Shown: positions 57,000-64,000 of the stretch, piece by piece
Layout of the letters: each line of letters begins with the position of its first letter
Position numbering within the stretch: position 1 is the first letter of the stretch
Source of the DNA: Halocafeteria seosinensis
Lineage: Eukaryota
Assembly: GCA_001687465.1 (NCBI GenBank)
Contig: LVLI01000080.1
Coordinates: forward strand, 1-64,000
Length of the DNA stretch: 64,000 nt
Direction: 5' to 3'
Translations under genes and position numbers: made by a program
Notes under the pieces: generated by a model
The model's database searches: none
The model's input: the letters and a program-made list of their open reading frames with translations, nothing else
What the model was told of the DNA's origin: nothing

Positions 57000-57690
57000 G
57001 AACTTAAACGACGATATAGAGGGTAGGGGGCATACCGAGAACTGTTTTGGAGTCACAAGAATGCGATGAATTCTGAATTGGATGGGGAGGGGACTGTGGA
57101 GTTGGAGAACATTGTTTCCGGAAACTTTGTTAAGACAAACACCTCTACGACCCTAATCGTCCCCGTCCCAAAACCGATAGGAATGGACAATTGTTGTTCA
57201 CAGACTGGGATTATGTACCAATTTTGGAATTAGATAGCGAACCTGCTTCCGAGTTGTTTGTTGCCAGGGGAATACATAGTCAGTGTTGCAATGCAGCATA
57301 ATGTCACACTGTTGCTACTTCAGCCGAACAGAATTTGTTGGACTAGATTATATCCGCGTGGCCGGTGATCAGGATCCTGCCGCAGCCGGTGCCGCCAGGT
57401 GCGTTCAAGTCACCACTCAAAAGCAGAAGCACTCGTTGAAGGATGTCGCTTTGGAGAATATGAAGACTTGGTTTCCGGAGCGTCCGGTGCGAATCGTATT
57501 CCTTGTTCCCGCGCAAGACTTTGACGCTTTTCGTGGCACTCCCAATTTTGGTAGAAATTCAAGTCTGAGGTTGGGCGAGTACTTGACACTGCTTCGAATT
57601 GGGAATTCAGTGTCGTTGGTATCCAAGATGGTACGGTATGTGTTTGTTGTGTGTATCGCTCACCCTTGTTTTCAACTGTGGATCTAACGA
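57000..57690 (+). pseudogene. Possible degenerate Crinkler/RHS-type restriction-endonuclease-fold C-terminal fragment
   Basis: YFSRTEFVGLDYI...CVQVTTQKQKHSLK...RIVFLVPAQDFDAF resembles the 'D...Q[VI]T...H...FVVP...F' tail of CRN/RHS proteins; upstream frames are broken by stops. Confidence 0.4.
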
Positions 57691-58515
57691 CTACGACTGC
57701 AGAATTTTTTTCTTATATGAAATTTAATCTTGATAACTACGCACTCGCTACGTCGCGCGCATCCATCGTCCGCATGGCCGGTAAGCTCGGTTACGGGTCA
57801 CACTGGGGAAAAATGACAAACCCGGGAGCGTCCAGCAGCAGACGCAGATTCCACGGGCAAAGGATACACCTTTACCGAGACTCAGTAGTTCTCCCCGAAG
57901 TTCGAACTAGCACCGGAGCAATGGAAATGAGCGAAAGGACGAATCGCGCACTCCTTCAGAATGGCAGAAGTAGAAATTCAATGAGTTCGAAGGATGGAGC
58001 ATATGTATATGTTAACGCGGACGCATACCGCTCCTCCTTAAGAGGATGCGGTCAACTCCTCGGCCGGTGGGCTATCTGTCACATACATGTGTGGGAGTGT
58101 ATGTGTAAGGTAATCCATGGGCCAACCAAGCATGTGACCATGTCACACATGAAAAGGAGAAAAGAAAGGGTACGAAAGTTTTTGTTTGTTTGTGTGCGTG
58201 TGGTACCTATTTTGATGTTGCATACCTACAATGTACCAATATATACCACACAAGTGTGACACAACCTTCAGACTGCAGTCTCTGGTTATGTTGTGAATGT
58301 CATTGAAGAACCGCGACGGATTTAGCCTCTAGACATGCAATCGTTGTAAGCTTTGTAGAGATGGAGATTTGATTCAAATCCATCGTTGTAGATCAGTTTG
58401 AACAATTAGTGGGTTCCTGTTTGCGCTATTTGTCTCTATTTGATAGAGCTCAGCGCTTAGCATTTCAAATAATCGCCAACGTAGTGGGCTTAATCGACGC
58501 AAATACTCCAAAAAG

Positions 58516-58805
58516 ATGCCGCCTAAAGTAAGTGCTTTAAATGCCTATCCTGGAACATATATATATAGAAGTTCGCTTCTGTAGAAGGCCAATTGATTGG
58601 TTCGGAAATGCCGAAATGCCGTGGGAGAACACATTCTTTGTAGTTTTCTTGAAGGGGAAGCCAAGGGGGGAATTTCAAACAGTGACTCCGTTTACGCAGA
58701 ATGGTGGTGTTGCATGGCGGTGTAGCACTTAGAGGAAACTCACGGGTGACTTACGGAGATGGAATGATCCTGCTTGTGATGCGTATCAGAATCGGTTGCT
58801 GGTTG

Positions 58806-58841
<36 letters not shown>

Positions 58842-61106
58842 AATACTTAGTTAGTGAGGTGGTTGTGAAAATGCGCAGTTTGTGAAAGGGCGTCGGCGCA
58901 AAATGAAGGAGGAGAAGAAGAAACAGAAGGACCAGGAGGAAGGTTCTCCTGTTGTCAAAGATGACGCCTCCTCGACGACCGCAAGCGCTTCCGCCGTATC
59001 GAAGCGAGGTGATCCTGCAGACCAGGAAGAGGGTACTCTCGAGCTTCAGCGCTCCTTGATGGACGAGGCAATGGACAATGTTGTGGTGAATTGTGCCACT
59101 AGACAAGACGACATACATCCCAACAAGAAAGATATCAAAATTGATAAGGTGAATATCTCATTGTTCGGAAAAGAGCTGATACATGAAGGAGACATCAATC
59201 TACACTGGGGACAGAGGTGGGTGACTGTGCGCTGACGAGCTGCAGCAGATGCTGATAATAACACCGTGCCTAATTCGCAGGTATGGCTTGATTGGGGCCA
59301 ATGGTTCTGGAAAGTCGATTTTGATGACTGTTCTAGGGAGGGGTATGTTACCTATGCCTCAGAGCATGGACTGCTTCCATGTTGTTTCAGAAATTGACCC
59401 CACGGACATGTCTGCTTTGGAGGCGGTTCTAACAGTAGATGTGGAGAAGAAAAAATTAGAGGAAGAAAACGACCGACTCACCGATTTGCTTCCTGAAGCT
59501 GATGAAGAAGATGCTGAACTTATTAGTGATCGTCTTGCTGAGATCGGTGAACGCTTAGATGAACTCGATGCTGCCACAGGTAGGTACTCACGGCAAGCAA
59601 AGAGCTCGTTATTTACTAGTGTATGTGCAACTGTGAATATCGTGCAGCTGAAGCACGAGCTGCAAAAATCCTGCACGGCCTTGGATTTACCCCCGCAATG
59701 CAACAGAAGAAAACCAAGAATTTCTCCGGCGGTTGGAGAATGAGGATATCGTTAGCCCGGGCGCTGTTTCTCAATCCGTCGTTCCTGCTTCTGGATGGTA
59801 AGTTGCCTTATAGGCACCTGCGTTTGCGTTTTCGTGAGGCCAAAACGCTTGATGCGGAGTTTTGACTCTCCAGAACCGACCAATCATTTGGACATGGAAG
59901 CTGTGGTATGGCTTGAAAACTACCTGAAGAACTTCAACAAGATCCTAGTTTTGGTATCGCACAGTCAAGATTTCTTGAATAATGTCTGCACTAACGTGAT
60001 ATATTTGAGAGATAAGCAGTTGGAGTATTTTGGTGGAAACTACGATTCTTACGTACAGACGAGGAAGCAGAAAGAAATGCACCAGCAGAAACGATATGAA
60101 TGGGAGCAAGAGCAAATCCGGAAGATGAAGGATTATATTGCTCGTTTTGGTCACGGAAACGCGAAACTTGCGAAACAGGCACAGAGTAAAGAAAAAGCAC
60201 TCGAAAAGATGTACCGAGATGGACTGACACAGCCGGTAAAGGAGAAAGGAAGTTTAAAGATGACATTCCACGATCCTGGTGAAATTCCTCCGCCTGTATT
60301 ACAGTTACAAGACGTTTGCTTCGCATATCCTGGTGGGGAGATGTTGTATGAAAATGTTGACTTTGGTGTAGATCTCGATTCGCGCATTGCCCTTGTAGGG
60401 CCCAACGGGGCGGGCAAAACCACTCTGTTGAAGTTAATTGCTGGAGAGTTGATCCCTACATCTGGGAATATTCGTCCTCATCCCCACTTGAAAATGTCGC
60501 GATACACACAACACTTTGTTGATACTCTGAATATGGAAATGACCCCGTTGGAATACTTTGAGAAAGAGTTCCCGCAACAGTCAACGGAGCTATTGAGACA
60601 ATGGTTGGGACGATTCGGTATATCTGGTGACCTGCAGACTCAAACGTAAGTATCCATCGTACATTATGCACGACAAGTATACAATTCATCGGTGGCACAT
60701 GATCCTTGCAGAATGAAGTTCATGTCGGATGGACTCAAGAGTCGTGTGGTTTTCAGCTACATTGCAAACCAGAAGCCTCACATATTGCTGCTGGATGAGC
60801 CTACAAATCATCTCGATATAGGTAGGTACCTCTTGAACGCTTTAGTCGATTCTTTGTTCTTAACCATATGTCTAATGTCTTGCAGAGACAATAGACTCTC
60901 TGGCGGAAGCCATCAACAATTACAAAGGTGGTGTGATGCTCGTCAGTCACGACATGCGCCTCATCTCTCAGGTTGCTAAAGAAATATATGAATGCAAAGA
61001 TCGCACGATAACGAAATTCGAAGGAACTATAGAAGAGTACAAGGAAAAACTCTCCAAGGAGATTGAAGAAGCATCAAAAGCATTCGAGGACGGAAACCTG
61101 GAGTAA
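58516..61106 (+). CDS. ABCF2: ABC-F family ATPase (ABCF2/ARB1-like)
   Basis: MPPK micro-exon; [107 protein letters not shown]. Confidence 0.95.
58808..58840. repeat. (GT)n microsatellite, about 16 units, in ABCF2 intron 1
   Basis: Read directly from the sequence. Confidence 0.95.
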
Positions 61107-61902
61107 AGCCGTTGTCATTATGTCGATTTCGGTACTACCCATAGTGCTTAGCACCGATAGCTAGGTCTGTCAGCGATTCATTTTCGTCTATCGAACAATG
61201 CTCTCGTTTGCTTTGTGGTTGCTCCTCTAATGCTCCAGCTGCGTGGGTCATGCCTCACGACGTGGATGACTCCAATGGAGGGATCCCGGGAACACAACAC
61301 TTACCTCCTTCCGCTTGTTTTGGAAGTTGGTCACTATGATCGTCCATCTTTATTTCGATTGTAGCATACTTTGTATCTGCAGTTCGCGAATGTCAATGTT
61401 GACCCGCCACTGCTGTATTCCCCTTAAAACCTTTTTTGTTGTTTTTCGATTTTTGGACCGCTTCATTTGTAAGTATGAATGCACGACTATCAGCGCAAGT
61501 CTCTTACATTGGTAATATTGTGTGCATGACACCCTTTCTCAAGTACCTACAAGAGTGGAAATAAACTTACTTCAGAAAACTTCGACTCTTTTTATAGTAA
61601 GACGGATGCAAAGTTCTTTCGTTTCAAGGAACGCAGATCGTATTTGTCAAATTCAAAAAACTACAAGTACTATTTATTCCGTAAAACTCTCGTTTTGAAT
61701 ACCAATTATCTTCTTTGTCACCAATGTAGTCTTGAATACACATGAGTCACGACTCCCCCTGGAGTCCAGGGGTCGGGATTGAGCTTCAAGTTGTCAACCC
61801 AGAAAATTGAAGTTCAAGAGGTGTATGTTCAAAGCTTACAATTATATTATACCCAGCGTGCAGATTATTTCCGGGTTGTCATGCCCCTATGGAATAGTTC
61901 AT

Positions 61903-62842
61903 ATGCCGTACACTGGTGGGAAAAGTGAAACTGGACTGAATATTGTAAACAGAAGCAAAAATGGGCCGCTACACCACCGTTCAGACTTGTACGTGGTGTT
62001 TTTATGTTTGTTATTCTCGCTTATGAGCATTACAACGTGAACGATTATGCCATTGCAGATGCTGACAACAATCCCAAACTGTCTGCCGTTCCATATGAGG
62101 CGGCAACAGGGAGGAGCTTTGCATCAGGCTCTTCGTCCGATGTTAACTTGGATAAGAAGGCCGGTAAAGTACAGCCCGAGCGTATACACAACCAATATTC
62201 TTCGAATGCCGGCGCTAGCAGTAGCGTGTTTGATGAATATCGGGCTACAAGACGACGGGAAATGCACAGACTGAGGAAAATGGATAAGGAATACTCAGAA
62301 AAGGAAGAAGCCGAGTTTGAGAGAAGACGGCGCTTGGAACTGGAGGAGTTAGAACGAGAGAAAACTCGCAAACGCGCAGAAAAGAGGAAACGGAGAAAGA
62401 TGAAGAAGAGAGCAGGGAGAGAGGTGGAAAAGATGAAGAAAGCTAAGGGGATGACTGATAGCGGGGAGCCTAAAGACGATGGGGACGAAGAAGAGGAGTT
62501 GGAATATGCCAGTACGTAGACATGGCTGACCCGGAAGTAACACGAAACGTAATGAGATACTCCATTGTTGTGTATGCAGTTGATCTTGAGGAACCTGAGA
62601 AGGAGTTGCAGAAAGTAGACCCGTCGACCTCAGTTGAGTTTCCGAATGACGGGTCGTTTCTCGAACGCATGAAGCAGCAGCTACATGGATGCTCTTCCTC
62701 GAGTGCAGATCATGCGAATGGAGGGTCTTCTGCGTCTGCCCCAGAAGCTGCCGGCGCGTCTGCTGAAACAACCGAAACGAATGGTTCCGCAGAAACTGAA
62801 GTTGAACAATCGTCAACGAAACGTGCTAGGACGGCAGAGTAA
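61903..62842 (+). CDS. PRKRIP1: PRKR-interacting protein 1 homolog (spliceosome C* factor, DUF1168)
   Basis: PERIHNQYSSNAGASSSVFDEYRATRRREMHRLRKMD...EFERRR...EKTRKRAEKRKRRK; FPNDGSFLE in the last exon. Confidence 0.85.
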
Positions 62843-63196
62843 GCTATTGTCTCTCACGTGAAACCGAAGTAGTTCCATTGAAGGAAAGAAATGTACATTA
62901 ATTCTGCAATAGCTGAAGTAAATCATTTATGTCCCACTCGAGAGTCTCTGACTATCGCTAGCGTTTCGACGGGTTCAAATGGATTCTACGACCTTCACAT
63001 CAGGAATAGTATGTCCAAACTCTCCCATTAGCCTCAAATTACAACCACACTTCAGGAGTATATATATATATATATACCGTCAATATACGTCAAAATTGAA
63101 TTGTAGTGTGCTATTGAACTTGGTGCTGTCTTCACTGGTACTGTCTGAAGCTCCAGCGTGTCCTGTAAACGACGTTTAACGCACGATTCTAGCAGG

Positions 63197-64000
63197 ATGG
63201 CTAATCGTGGAAGAAGGCCCGGTAGAGCACGTCAGGATGAGCCGAGCACGACTGAAATAGGCCGTCACCATCCCTCCGAACGCGAAGAATATACAGCTGT
63301 CCGGATAAATCCAGGTGCTTTCTCAGCACCCCGAATGGATCTCGTGGATAGTGTGGAGAACGAGAAGCCTGAGGTTCTCCAAACCCGCAGGCATGGAGGA
63401 GCTGCTATGGAAGGCAAGCAAGCAGCAAGTGGAGGAAGGGGTGTAGTTCACGGAAATGCCGGTCCCAGCCGTACAAACCAAAGAAGAGGAAGAGGAGGTG
63501 GTGGAGCTCGCGGAGGAAGAGGACGGCCTCCATCGACTGAAGCAGGTAGACACCAGGGAGCATCCTCCAGGCCCACTTCGGGACCTGGATTAAAACACGC
63601 AGGGGAACACGTTACCGCGTCTACGGTAGGGAGTGTGGGCATTGGAAGTAATTCCAATTCCAGGAAGCATCCTCCATCCAGCCGCGAAGGCGCTCCGGCA
63701 GCAGGCAAACAATCATCCGCTGGTGGCCATTCTGCGATGGAATTACAAGGAGCTAGTGCGGTTAACACGGTGTCTCGAGAATTTACTTCGAAACGATTAG
63801 ATCCACAGAAAAAAGCGGATCCTTTTTCAACCAAAAAAACGCAACCGTATGTCTCACTATGGTGATCTATGTGTATTTATTACAGTGGATCTTTCTTTGT
63901 TCTGCTACAGGGGGGCGTTTCGAGAGGCATATAATAGGTCTTTCCCGGCTAGAATACAACATGGAGGCTCCGGTATCAATAAACTACAGTGGGATGTTCC
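63197..64000 (+). CDS. PACRGL: PACRG-like protein, partial; runs off the window
   Basis: SKRLDPQKKADPFS.../GAFREAYNRSFPARIQHGGSGINKLQWDV after an intron at about 63847-63910 matches the ParcG domain start (F...Y...P.R..HG....L.W). Confidence 0.72.

Noticed and set aside
57651..58259. 202-aa ORF
   Set aside because: No protein-like motifs, non-ATG start; likely spurious.
58528..58878. Long (about 350 nt) first intron of ABCF2 as a snoRNA host
   Set aside because: No convincing C/D box pair or rRNA antisense found by eye; an H/ACA RNA cannot be excluded without a search.
1..64000. CRISPR arrays, tRNA/rRNA genes, intact transposases, non-canonical introns, antisense ORFs within large genes
   Set aside because: None seen. 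All introns inspected are GT-AG, and nested ORFs are shadows of real CDSs.

Overview
Gene-dense eukaryotic nuclear DNA, probably from a flagellated protist: standard genetic code, short GT-AG introns of about 50-110 nt, and very short intergenic spacers with many head-to-head and tail-to-tail pairs. About 28 protein-coding loci. Recognisable genes: GLUT-type sugar porter, tRNA-dihydrouridine synthase, syntaxin, ABHD1/3-like hydrolase, LDAH, AAMP/SQT1-like WD40, PH-PH-SAM scaffold, RAD1, HAD phosphatase, NEMP, VTC2/GDPGP1-like phosphorylase, NBS1, eIF3d, zf-4CXXC_R1-like protein, VOC/glyoxalase-like protein, ABCF2, PRKRIP1 and a partial PACRG-like gene. Most notable: (1) an intronic box C/D snoRNA in eIF3d whose guide matches the LSU rRNA A-loop (yeast Um2921 / E. 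coli Um2552 equivalent); (2) an intronless, roughly 2060-aa type-I membrane protein with about 12 tandem PPC-like 'GDPDLY' modules; (3) a GDP-hexose phosphorylase with the plant-type HLHFQ motif; (4) probable decayed class-C GPCR and Crinkler/RHS-like loci; (5) a shared 29-bp intergenic motif. All gene models were spliced by eye and family calls rest on motif recognition, not database searches.
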